From a virus, in the IMG/VR virus record IMGVR_UViG_3300020156_000448, positions 61,054 to 125,053 of that record: a DNA stretch of 64,000 nt; one strand, given 5' to 3'. Below are positions 38,724 to 47,019 of the stretch, piece after piece; within the stretch, counting starts at the first letter, position 1; each line of letters begins with the position of its first letter. The notes under the pieces are model-generated. The model saw nothing but the letters and a program-made list of their open reading frames with translations, was not told the DNA's origin and made no database searches. Both the position numbers and the translations under genes were made by a program.

Positions 38724-40057
38724 TCTACAAAGTCTCTCTCTTCCAAAACAAAGCCTTTTTCAGCAGCTAAGAAGCGCTCAAAGTCCAAGTCATACAAAAT
38801 AGGATCGATATTAGTAATACCTAGGCAAAACAGCATTAAAGAGCCTGCACCAGAACCTCTTCCTGGTCCCACAAAGATGTTATTTTTCCAAGCCCACTGT
38901 ATATAATCTCTAACCACAATAAAGTATTTGGAAAACTCTGTCTTTGTTACAACAGATAGCTCGTAAGTTAATCTATCCTTATATCTTTGGTCATTGTGGT
39001 ATCCCTTTTGAATGAGACCTTTCCACGATAAGAATGTGAGATACTGACCGTTCTTGTCCAAATGTCCAATAGTAGCTTTCCACGCATCCCTAAATTTACA
39101 GAATGCTTCGTAATCATCTTGGGTCTCTAGGTCAAAGTTAGGCAAGCGAGCTTTTGCTCTTGCTCCCAAGGGAATATCTACATTACACTTTTCTGCAATC
39201 GCCATAGTTTCTTCAATTGCAAATTGCAAACCCCCGAAGGTGGAATAGATTTCATCTGGAGTCTTTAAATAAAACTCGTTAAAATCACCATCCCTGCCTT
39301 CATTATTGTTGGCTGTGGTTAGGTCTTTACCAAACTGGCGAGCCTTCTTAATCTGCTGAGCCTGAAAGTCATCCTTACAGATATAGTGAGTGTCGTTTGT
39401 TAGCACCGAGCGTATACCAAGCTCTTGAGAAAGTCTAATGGTATTTTCCAGCACCATGCGCTGCTTTACGGCAAAATCACCTTGACCGCCTTGCAGGACG
39501 CCTTGGTTGTCCATAGCATGAAACATTAACTCTAGGTAATAATCGTCCTTGAAACGTTCTTTATATTTAGAGGCAACCATTTTAGCCATATTATAGCCTT
39601 CGTTGCCCTGATGTTTCAAGAATGATTCCGCTATTTCTCCCTTAATGCAGGCAGAACTAACAATGAGACCATCGCCATATTTATCCAACAAATCAAAGTC
39701 TAGGCGTGGTCGCGCATAATAGCGCTCTTGCTCATAGGATACTGTGGCAAGTTTTTTAAGATTCTTCCAACCTTGATCATTTTTTGCTATTAATAGCAAA
39801 TGGTTATTCGATCTCGAAGATTTATCGAGAGAATTATTGCACACATAAGCTTCCATGCCCAAGATAGGTTTAATACCTTCTTCTTGGCAAGCTTTATAGA
39901 ATTTAATCGAACCAGATAGCGTTCCATGGTCTGTTAATGCCAAAGCTGGCATACCCATGTTTTTCGCTGTTTTTACAAAATCTTTAATTTTACACAATCC
40001 GTCAATCAATGAATATTCGGAATGATTGTGTAATGAAACGTACATCTTATCTGACAT
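38720..40057 (-). CDS. dnaE: DNA polymerase III alpha, N-terminal half (PHP domain plus the GRGS segment)
   Basis: LHNHSEYSLIDG, TDHG, GMEAY, HLLL, SACIKGE, TNDTHY, GPGRGSGAGS, LGITNIDP and FERFL, followed shortly by a stop. Confidence 0.93.
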   Translation of the reverse strand: MSDKMYVSLHNHSEYSLIDGLCKIKDFVKTAKNMGMPALALTDHGTLSGSIKFYKACQEEGIKPILGMEAYVCNNSLDKSSRSNNHLLLIAKNDQGWKNLKKLATVSYEQERYYARPRLDFDLLDKYGDGLIVSSACIKGEIAESFLKHQGNEGYNMAKMVASKYKERFKDDYYLELMFHAMDNQGVLQGGQGDFAVKQRMVLENTIRLSQELGIRSVLTNDTHYICKDDFQAQQIKKARQFGKDLTTANNNEGRDGDFNEFYLKTPDEIYSTFGGLQFAIEETMAIAEKCNVDIPLGARAKARLPNFDLETQDDYEAFCKFRDAWKATIGHLDKNGQYLTFLSWKGLIQKGYHNDQRYKDRLTYELSVVTKTEFSKYFIVVRDYIQWAWKNNIFVGPGRGSGAGSLMLFCLGITNIDPILYDLDFERFLAAEKGFVLEERDFVE

Positions 40058-40079
40058 TTGTCACCTTGCATTATATAAA

Positions 40080-40099
40080 GGTGGGGATTTCTCCCCACC
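40080..40099 (-). terminator. GC-rich hairpin after the def-like gene
   Basis: GGTGGGGA-TTTC-TCCCCACC, followed by TTTAT on the minus strand. Confidence 0.6.
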
Positions 40100-40111
40100 C
40101 ATCTTTATTTA

Positions 40112-40726
40112 TTAGATCACTAGATTGGGCTTGTCAGTAGGCTCTGGATTCTTACCAACCTCATGGAGAGTTTTGCCGTGGATATGATCGTATAGATGAT
40201 GGATTACAATTGCACCCAAATCTGTAAATCTCTTCTCTCTCGTCTTGCCTTCCATGTCCTTATATGTAACTTTAATAACCAAACAACGCTTAGTCTTAAA
40301 GCTCAAATTAGGAATTGAAGGACAAGATTCCACTACTTCTCTTGTATACTTTGATGGTTTAATTTCTTTAATAGAGGGATTAACCATTAAAGTGGATTTA
40401 GGCTTGGTAGCAAGTAGAAACATTTGTAAGTCATGACCTACCTGCTGGGCTGAAACTCCGTAAGATTCACGCATGGCTAAATACTGTTCCATTTTACGCA
40501 AACAAATATCTGCTTCAGCCATATTTCCAGATGTTACGCGACGACCTTTAGTGGTCATGATCGGATCATCGTATTCTACAATTAACTTGGTTTCAAATGT
40601 CATTGATTCTGTAAGATCAATTTCTGAATCAATAACACTGGACAAATTCGCTAATGAGGAACCACTTGGCAAAATTGCATGATGATGGTGATCACAACCC
40701 TCTGAACAAGAGTGCGTATCGCTCAT
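40112..40726 (-). CDS. def: Peptide deformylase-like protein with degenerate catalytic motifs
   Basis: YGVSAQQVG (motif 1 GxGxAAxQ), MVNP, ESCPSIP (motif 2 EGCLS) and IHHLYDHIHG (motif 3 QHExDH, with Glu replaced by Leu). Confidence 0.8.
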   Translation of the reverse strand: MSDTHSCSEGCDHHHHAILPSGSSLANLSSVIDSEIDLTESMTFETKLIVEYDDPIMTTKGRRVTSGNMAEADICLRKMEQYLAMRESYGVSAQQVGHDLQMFLLATKPKSTLMVNPSIKEIKPSKYTREVVESCPSIPNLSFKTKRCLVIKVTYKDMEGKTREKRFTDLGAIVIHHLYDHIHGKTLHEVGKNPEPTDKPNLVI

Positions 40727-40735
40727 AATATTTCC

Positions 40736-41536
40736 TTATTCTTTGTATTTCTCGTCATCATGGTTGGAAACACCTGCTATAAAACTAGAAGCTTTATAAC
40801 TGAACATTGTAAGATGAGGGGATGCTAAAAGGAATCCAAAAATTACTCTCTCGTCTTTAATCTCGTGTGTGGACGTGTATTTTTGTGAAAATCTACTGCT
40901 ATCGGGATCGATAGATAGTTGAAATTCAAGCATCTGAAGATTAAGTTCATCTTTTGTAGGAGCAAAGAAAGTCTTTATAATCATTGGACTCAAATCTCTG
41001 CCCTTATTTGGTTTTAGAATTACGGCTCCAATATGGGCGGGACCAGCAAAATTACGAAGTCCATAACCACTCACATTGTTTCCCTTTCGAAAATGATACT
41101 GTTTTACAAGTTCATTTCCAATATTGAAAGCCTCATCTAAAATTGCCGAACCGTCACTATTTCTATTTAATTCCATAGGTGGAATTGTTTTCAAGAATCC
41201 TGGAGTGGATATAAATCCATTCTCTGTTATATAAGTATAATCAAAATCTGAATAGGTGTCTGTTGAGATAAACAGATCGATTGGGTCTAAACCCACTATT
41301 TTATTATAACCTACTTCTTGAGAATAGAATGAAGACGGACCAACGTAAAGTGATTCGTTCGTTTTCCAACTTATATTGGTTTCATCAATGCCAGTTAATT
41401 GATCTAATTTATGAAGCGGAACACCATTATTCATCAATAACCCTGCGCTACCACCGTCAGCTACCCTATGAAATACAGGAATAACCATAAATGGGAACGT
41501 AGCCCTGTGTTCAACTAAATTAATTATCTCTGCCAT
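40736..41536 (-). CDS. Hypothetical protein
   Basis: 266-aa ORF; AGGT Shine-Dalgarno. Confidence 0.65.
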   Translation of the reverse strand: MAEIINLVEHRATFPFMVIPVFHRVADGGSAGLLMNNGVPLHKLDQLTGIDETNISWKTNESLYVGPSSFYSQEVGYNKIVGLDPIDLFISTDTYSDFDYTYITENGFISTPGFLKTIPPMELNRNSDGSAILDEAFNIGNELVKQYHFRKGNNVSGYGLRNFAGPAHIGAVILKPNKGRDLSPMIIKTFFAPTKDELNLQMLEFQLSIDPDSSRFSQKYTSTHEIKDERVIFGFLLASPHLTMFSYKASSFIAGVSNHDDEKYKE

Positions 41537-41595
41537 TAAATCTACCTACGAAAGTCTTTATTTGTTATATACATGAGAAGAGACTTTATTCTAAT

Positions 41596-42759
41596 TTATT
41601 GGTAGCATCGACAATGTTTGTAGATAAAATCACTTAGCATGCTATTAAATGAATCTTTATCTTCAGAAGGACTATGGCTAAAATAAACCAAAGCCTCGTG
41701 TTTCCCAATTTTGTGTGGTCTATTTCTCCCGACAAAGCTGGCACAATCTATGTTTTCATTTTCGATGAAGTATTTAATGGTCTGTGATCCAATTAGCATA
41801 ATTGCATCAGGTTTTAGAATTTCAATCCGCTTATTAAGCCATTTGTTTTTACAAAGAATAGCCTCTTTGAATGGATTATTTTGATTGGAATAACAATTAA
41901 ATATATAATCTATCCAAACATTTTCTTTTTCAATGCCTGACTTGGAAAGATAGTCAATTAACTCTTCCCTGCCTTTGCCTCCCATCCCCAAAGCATCTTC
42001 TTCTGAGAGCGGAGAATCAAGCACAAACATAACATTAGATACATGGCTACCAAAGCCCGTTACTACACTCTTGCATCCGTAACGAAGACTACAATCGGTA
42101 CATGTTTTATTATCTAATCGAAGCTCTTCTATAGTCTTTTTTTTCTCATCCAAAGCTGATTCCAGAGTCTTGATGCTGGGCAATATTTCATTTTTAATTC
42201 TAGAAAGTTGCCTTTGATCCTGATCTACAATCGCTTGATCTAATACTTGATATATACGCCCTATCATGGCATCGATCTTAGGGGAGTTAAATTTTCTAGA
42301 AATTCTTTTTCCCTCAACCGAAACTAGATAATTAATATTGTTAGCATCAGGTTCACTATAGTCGTTAAGACACAAGGTTCTCAAAAAATCTTCGTATGCC
42401 ATTTCTGACAAAGAGACATTTGAAATGTCGTTTTTTAATCCTAATTTTGCTGCAAAAAAACCTACAGCTTGACCCCACGTGCTAAAGCCTTTATACTCTT
42501 TGGCAAATGCAATTACATCCCCGCCTCTATGACACTGACCAAAACAATACCAAGATTGGTCATATGTATAAACACGAAAACTAGGAGTGTTTTCTTTATG
42601 AAGCGGACAGCAGCAAGAGAGCATTTCTGCTCCAGACTTATATCCCGCACTAGATAAATGAACACCTTCTTGTTGAAGAAAGTCTACAAGCGAAACGCGC
42701 TTGCGGATTTCGTCCGCAAGCCGTTTCGCCTCTATGTAGTGAAGTTTATTTTCCTGCAT
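41596..42759 (-). CDS. Primase CHC2 zinc-binding domain fused to a degenerate family-4 uracil-DNA glycosylase-like domain
   Basis: CPLHKENTPSF...WYCFGQCHRGGDVIAF; C-terminal CTDCSL...VVTGFGS...VMFVLDSP...FNC...C..WL...IEILKPDAIMLIG...HSPS. Confidence 0.85.
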   Translation of the reverse strand: MQENKLHYIEAKRLADEIRKRVSLVDFLQQEGVHLSSAGYKSGAEMLSCCCPLHKENTPSFRVYTYDQSWYCFGQCHRGGDVIAFAKEYKGFSTWGQAVGFFAAKLGLKNDISNVSLSEMAYEDFLRTLCLNDYSEPDANNINYLVSVEGKRISRKFNSPKIDAMIGRIYQVLDQAIVDQDQRQLSRIKNEILPSIKTLESALDEKKKTIEELRLDNKTCTDCSLRYGCKSVVTGFGSHVSNVMFVLDSPLSEEDALGMGGKGREELIDYLSKSGIEKENVWIDYIFNCYSNQNNPFKEAILCKNKWLNKRIEILKPDAIMLIGSQTIKYFIENENIDCASFVGRNRPHKIGKHEALVYFSHSPSEDKDSFNSMLSDFIYKHCRCYQ

Positions 42760-44395
42760 TTATTGAGCCATCTAAATTAATGAGAGCATCTAAGTTTAAA
42801 GAGTTTACGTTATTCTGAGCAATATCGGAATAAATTCCTTCTCTGTCAGCCGCCAAGACAGGAACTTCCGCCTCACCGCCTATACGGGCAGCGCCTCTTC
42901 CAGCGTTCCACGGAACCATAATTGTATCTCCATTGTTTTGCCGCACTGGAGAACCCTGCATATTTGCAGCTTCGTCAGCAATGCCGCCAATGGGAGCAAA
43001 TCCAACAGTATTTTGTGGGTCTTCAAACTTACACAAGTCTCCAAGGAATATTAAATCAACTCTCCAGTCCTTAGAACCGTTTCTCTGTTTTACCAATCCA
43101 ATAGTAACACTGTTTGAATCATCTGGGTTAATCTTAATCGTGATAACCGCATCAGCATCCTGACCTGGCTGGTTAGAGCCTTCGAGGTTTTCTAGTCCCA
43201 ATTCAGTTTCCTTTTTGTTTCTAACCCATCTTACAGAGTTTCTATTAGCCTGAGCCAATAGAATAGCAGCATGATCCCAGCGCTTTGCCAAATCACGGAT
43301 TTCCTTAGCAATATCTCCTAGGTCCGTGCTTCTATTATCTCTTCTAACGTTTGGGGGTTTAATAAGCCCAAGGTGATCCCAAATAATAATATCTGGTGGG
43401 TCATTCTTGTAGTGCTTCTCTAGCTTGGCTTCGATTTGAGATACTGTAAATTTACCTGCCTGAACTTCGATGACTCTAAAGTAAGAACCATCTCCACCAT
43501 CTTTTTTTCTAGACTTTAAGCGGTTTCTCCACTCATCGATCTTAGCAATATCTACATCTTTTAATTCGCCGTTAATCCATGCGTTATGCGAAATACCGCA
43601 TTCAGCAGAAGCGATCTTGCGCATAAAATCTTCACGGGATTCTTCGCATGAGATCACCAATATTTTGGCTTTATACTGAAGCTGAATTTTCCTAGCTACA
43701 CATCTAGCAAATGAGGTTTTACCAGAAGAAGACATACCCATAATGATGGACATTTTCTTCTTTTCAAAACCATTAAACTTCTTATCAATGATGCCATATC
43801 CAGTTTTGTATCCTGTATACATGTCTGGATTTTCTTTTCTGCGTACAGCATCATCAAATATTAAATCCACACCATCGTCTTCAAGATCAGACATCTTGTA
43901 AGACTCTTCTTCTGCGTATACTTCTTCAATTCTATGGAGCTTATGAAGAAGAGATGTGTAGGCATCCTTAATATCAGCGCCTTTAATATCTTCATTGTAT
44001 TTTCTATAAGCTTCAAGAATACTATACCCAGCCACAGTATGTTGCCACTGCTCGAACTTAACTGGAAAATCATCTTCTTGATATTCATAAGAAAGAAGAT
44101 TATCATAGAATTCTTCGTATGGAGCTATTAAGGGATTATTAATTCCTTGAAGTCTGAATGAAGTTATGATGCGCTCAATAAATTGAGCTTTTGTAATAAC
44201 AGCATCATGCTTCTCAAAGCACTCTACAACTCTTCTGAAAAAAAGTTGACAGTCTTCATTGAGAAACCAGTTTGGGTCTACTCCACGGTCTAGCGTGTAG
44301 CGAATATATTTTTTATCTTTAATCAAAAATGAGAGAATAACTAATTCTAACTCATTCTCAACTACTGATATTTGATCTAATTGTCCTATTGACAT
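42746..44395 (-). CDS. dnaB: Replicative DNA helicase
   Basis: GYKTGY, GMSSSGKT, ISCEE, IWDHLGLI, LAQANR, GQDAD and KQRNG. Confidence 0.9.
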   Translation of the reverse strand: MSIGQLDQISVVENELELVILSFLIKDKKYIRYTLDRGVDPNWFLNEDCQLFFRRVVECFEKHDAVITKAQFIERIITSFRLQGINNPLIAPYEEFYDNLLSYEYQEDDFPVKFEQWQHTVAGYSILEAYRKYNEDIKGADIKDAYTSLLHKLHRIEEVYAEEESYKMSDLEDDGVDLIFDDAVRRKENPDMYTGYKTGYGIIDKKFNGFEKKKMSIIMGMSSSGKTSFARCVARKIQLQYKAKILVISCEESREDFMRKIASAECGISHNAWINGELKDVDIAKIDEWRNRLKSRKKDGGDGSYFRVIEVQAGKFTVSQIEAKLEKHYKNDPPDIIIWDHLGLIKPPNVRRDNRSTDLGDIAKEIRDLAKRWDHAAILLAQANRNSVRWVRNKKETELGLENLEGSNQPGQDADAVITIKINPDDSNSVTIGLVKQRNGSKDWRVDLIFLGDLCKFEDPQNTVGFAPIGGIADEAANMQGSPVRQNNGDTIMVPWNAGRGAARIGGEAEVPVLAADREGIYSDIAQNNVNSLNLDALINLDGSINAGK

Positions 44396-44410
44396 TAATT
44401 GCTCCTAATT

Positions 44411-45193
44411 TTATGAGAGATAACGGTATTCTTGCTGGAAGACTTGTAATAAAAAGTCTAATTCAGCCGCCGTGTAATTGGGCTTATCGTTTCTCTTCTG
44501 CTTTAGGAACGCGACGAGAGCATCGATATTATAAGTAATATCTGCTCTATTATCCTGCTCGTGAATAATCTCACAGGAAATTATAAACTCATCGAAATAA
44601 CTAATTAAAGATTCAGAATACTGGGTAGATAAAACCCTTGGGTCTACGTAGGCAGAAAATATCGTTGGCTTATTTTCTTTTCTTCTCTCTAAAACCACAT
44701 CCGCAAACCCATTGCAGACTTTGCTTGTTCTTAAGCATTTTGGAGAAACGCTATCAAGCATAAGAAAATCTACATTATGGTAGCGCTCTCTTACTTCAGC
44801 GTCACCATCCCAATCTAAATTCTCACAAAAAGTTGGAAAGCTTTCAAACATAGCTGTGTAACCGTATTCGATAGCTGCCCTCAGAATCAAAGTTCCAAGA
44901 AGACTCATTCCAAGCTTTTGGTTAGGCAGACCGTAAAGATATATGCCTTTGCCGCTCTCTCTATTTTTATGTATATTCAAAATATATTGGCGCGTCGTTT
45001 GAAGCGCGTTTTCTTTAGAAGGATTAACTTTGCCTCGAAGTGTGGCAACGTTATAGAATTTTGTTCCTTCTTTTCCCGTGAGGGAATAATCTAAAAATTC
45101 TGGCGGAATACCAGAACTTTTAATTTTGTTTTTGACATTTTCGTGATATACCTTTTGCAGATACTCTTTATAATTGTCGTCCAAGTTTTCCAT
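44411..45193 (-). CDS. DnaC/IstB-like helicase loader with degenerate Walker motifs
   Basis: SGIPPEF, GKGIYLYG-LPNQKLGMS (Walker A without the Lys), VDFLMLDSV and RRKENKPTIFS; directly upstream of dnaB. Confidence 0.7.
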   Translation of the reverse strand: MENLDDNYKEYLQKVYHENVKNKIKSSGIPPEFLDYSLTGKEGTKFYNVATLRGKVNPSKENALQTTRQYILNIHKNRESGKGIYLYGLPNQKLGMSLLGTLILRAAIEYGYTAMFESFPTFCENLDWDGDAEVRERYHNVDFLMLDSVSPKCLRTSKVCNGFADVVLERRKENKPTIFSAYVDPRVLSTQYSESLISYFDEFIISCEIIHEQDNRADITYNIDALVAFLKQKRNDKPNYTAAELDFLLQVFQQEYRYLS

Positions 45194-45205
45194 ATTGGAA
45201 ACTCC

Positions 45206-46162
45206 TTAAAATTCTTTCTTTTTGGACTTAAACACTTTTAAGCAATTGGCGTAATTTCTTTTAACTGTAGCCGTATCTCTCCACCATGGCTGTTCAGTAT
45301 ACTTAAAGAATTCAATCGCCTTTCTAAGGGCAGATTCACGCCAATTAATAGCCTTCCATGGGTATGGCTCCCACGCTATGGATGATTTAATGATTCTTTC
45401 AAATCTAGGTGCAGCAGAAACAGGGCTGCGTGAGGTATCTTCTCTGATAACTACGTCCACCTTGTTTAAAATAAGTCTAGAGATAGAATCAATCTCCATG
45501 CCTTCTTGAACTTCCAAGTAATATGCTACCATTGGAATTCCAAACTGCATGAGCAGTCTTACATTAAAATCAACAACTTGCTTATCATCATTTCTTTCCA
45601 TGTAATTACGGAAGGCAATGCGTAAGTCTTTTGGGTCAATGACCAGATCGCGGCTTGGAATTCTGCTTGTCGAATCAGCAATCTTCTTTACCGAGATCAC
45701 ATTCATATAATACTCTTTTAAATCTTCTTTTAGAGAAGAAGACAAATAAATCTGTCCTGTTGATTTAGCCCAAGGCATTCTTGTTTTTGCAGCCCAGTCA
45801 ATAAAATCAACAATTTCAGAATTAGACATTTCTAATTCTTGTCTGCCACAAGTTAAAATAGCTCCAAATGCTTGATTATCAAGTCTAATTTTACCTGGGT
45901 ACATATGCCCATATACTTTTCTAAACATGCGAGCAAAGTGACATCTGTAGTGAAGTGCATTCCAAGCATCTACAGGAAGACTCATATCAAGAGTAGCATC
46001 TCCACCACTTGCCCATACCTGCTGCTGCACTTCAGAAATCTTAGGAGGAGCTTCAGTATGCTTTTCATTACCATCGCTACTAGCAACAGGTTTAGGTGTT
46101 ATAGATATCTGCATTGCCACTTGAAAAGGATCAAAGGGTTTTTGATCAGTAGTTGCACTCAT
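45206..46162 (-). CDS. Hypothetical protein, candidate replication initiator
   Basis: 318 aa; first gene of the dnaC-dnaB operon and adjacent to the putative origin; no recognisable motif. Confidence 0.55.
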   Translation of the reverse strand: MSATTDQKPFDPFQVAMQISITPKPVASSDGNEKHTEAPPKISEVQQQVWASGGDATLDMSLPVDAWNALHYRCHFARMFRKVYGHMYPGKIRLDNQAFGAILTCGRQELEMSNSEIVDFIDWAAKTRMPWAKSTGQIYLSSSLKEDLKEYYMNVISVKKIADSTSRIPSRDLVIDPKDLRIAFRNYMERNDDKQVVDFNVRLLMQFGIPMVAYYLEVQEGMEIDSISRLILNKVDVVIREDTSRSPVSAAPRFERIIKSSIAWEPYPWKAINWRESALRKAIEFFKYTEQPWWRDTATVKRNYANCLKVFKSKKKEF

Positions 46163-47019
46163 TCATTTCTCCGTTATATCAAGACGTTATAGTTATGTTT
46201 TCTTAGCTGCTAAGATTTAAGCCTCTAAAGAAAATTTTTGATTTTTCAATCACTTTGATTTTACTCAACTTGAATGATAATAAAAGGGGAAAGAAGGTTT
46301 AAAACTTCTCTCCCTCTTTGTTTATGGGGGGGTTTCATACAGCTTAATAATAAGGCATTGATTTACGGCTTTGTAGCAATTCTGTGCGATACAGCAAATC
46401 AACTCACTTGTTAGGTCAGCTATTTCGTATACTTGGATTTGTTAGCATTTATTCAATATCACGTATACATCATTTTTCTTTATATTGTTTGTTTTGAAGA
46501 ATGATTTTAAAACTTGTGTATAAAAATTTGAACTTGTTTTGAAGACCTGTTTGAAGAGTGATCAATCTAAGTTCGAAGCGTTTCAGAAAATTCCTCGTTC
46601 CCTTCGCTCCGCTCAGTCACTTCGGGCGTGACCATCTTTCGCTTCGCTCAAGTGGTCCTTTAACTCGCTGCGACTGCGCTACGCTTGTCTTTGCTCGTCG
46701 TACTGCCTTGTAAGGCTTTTACACCCCCTTCCCCCCTTGTTAGGGGGCTTATTAATTCGAAAGATTTTATGTTGTTACTTTTTCGTTTATATTATAATAT
46801 ATATAAAAAGACGCTGAGCAGCGTCCAATTCAAAACGAACACTGCACAGTGTAGAAACTAATGTTTGAAACTCTGTTGTCTAGAAAATCAAAATGTTTTA
46901 ATTGGATTCCTTTAATAGCATTTTATACACAGGCTGTGAATAAACAATTAACTCAAGTGATAAGGGAGATATACACATGCGAAAGGTGTATATAAATTAA
47001 TACTGGCTCAGGAGAGCAT
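46163..47019. other. Putative replication origin / divergent control region
   Basis: Largest non-coding gap, where gene orientation flips; DnaA-box matches at 46515-46523, 46923-46931 and 46935-46943; TGTTT(T)GAAGA x3; CGCTNCGCT x3; several hairpins; AT-rich tract at ~46760-46810. Confidence 0.6.
46923..46943. promoter_or_regulatory. Inverted pair of DnaA boxes (TTATACACA-ggc-TGTGAATAA)
   Basis: Both 9-mers fit TTWTNCACA exactly and are separated by 3 bp. Confidence 0.55.

Noticed and set aside
46200-46460. Possible tRNA or known ncRNA in the large intergenic region
   Set aside because: Imperfect hairpins are present (about 46283-46319 and 46358-46402), but no cloverleaf, T-loop or family signature could be recognised by eye; an Infernal/Rfam scan would be needed.
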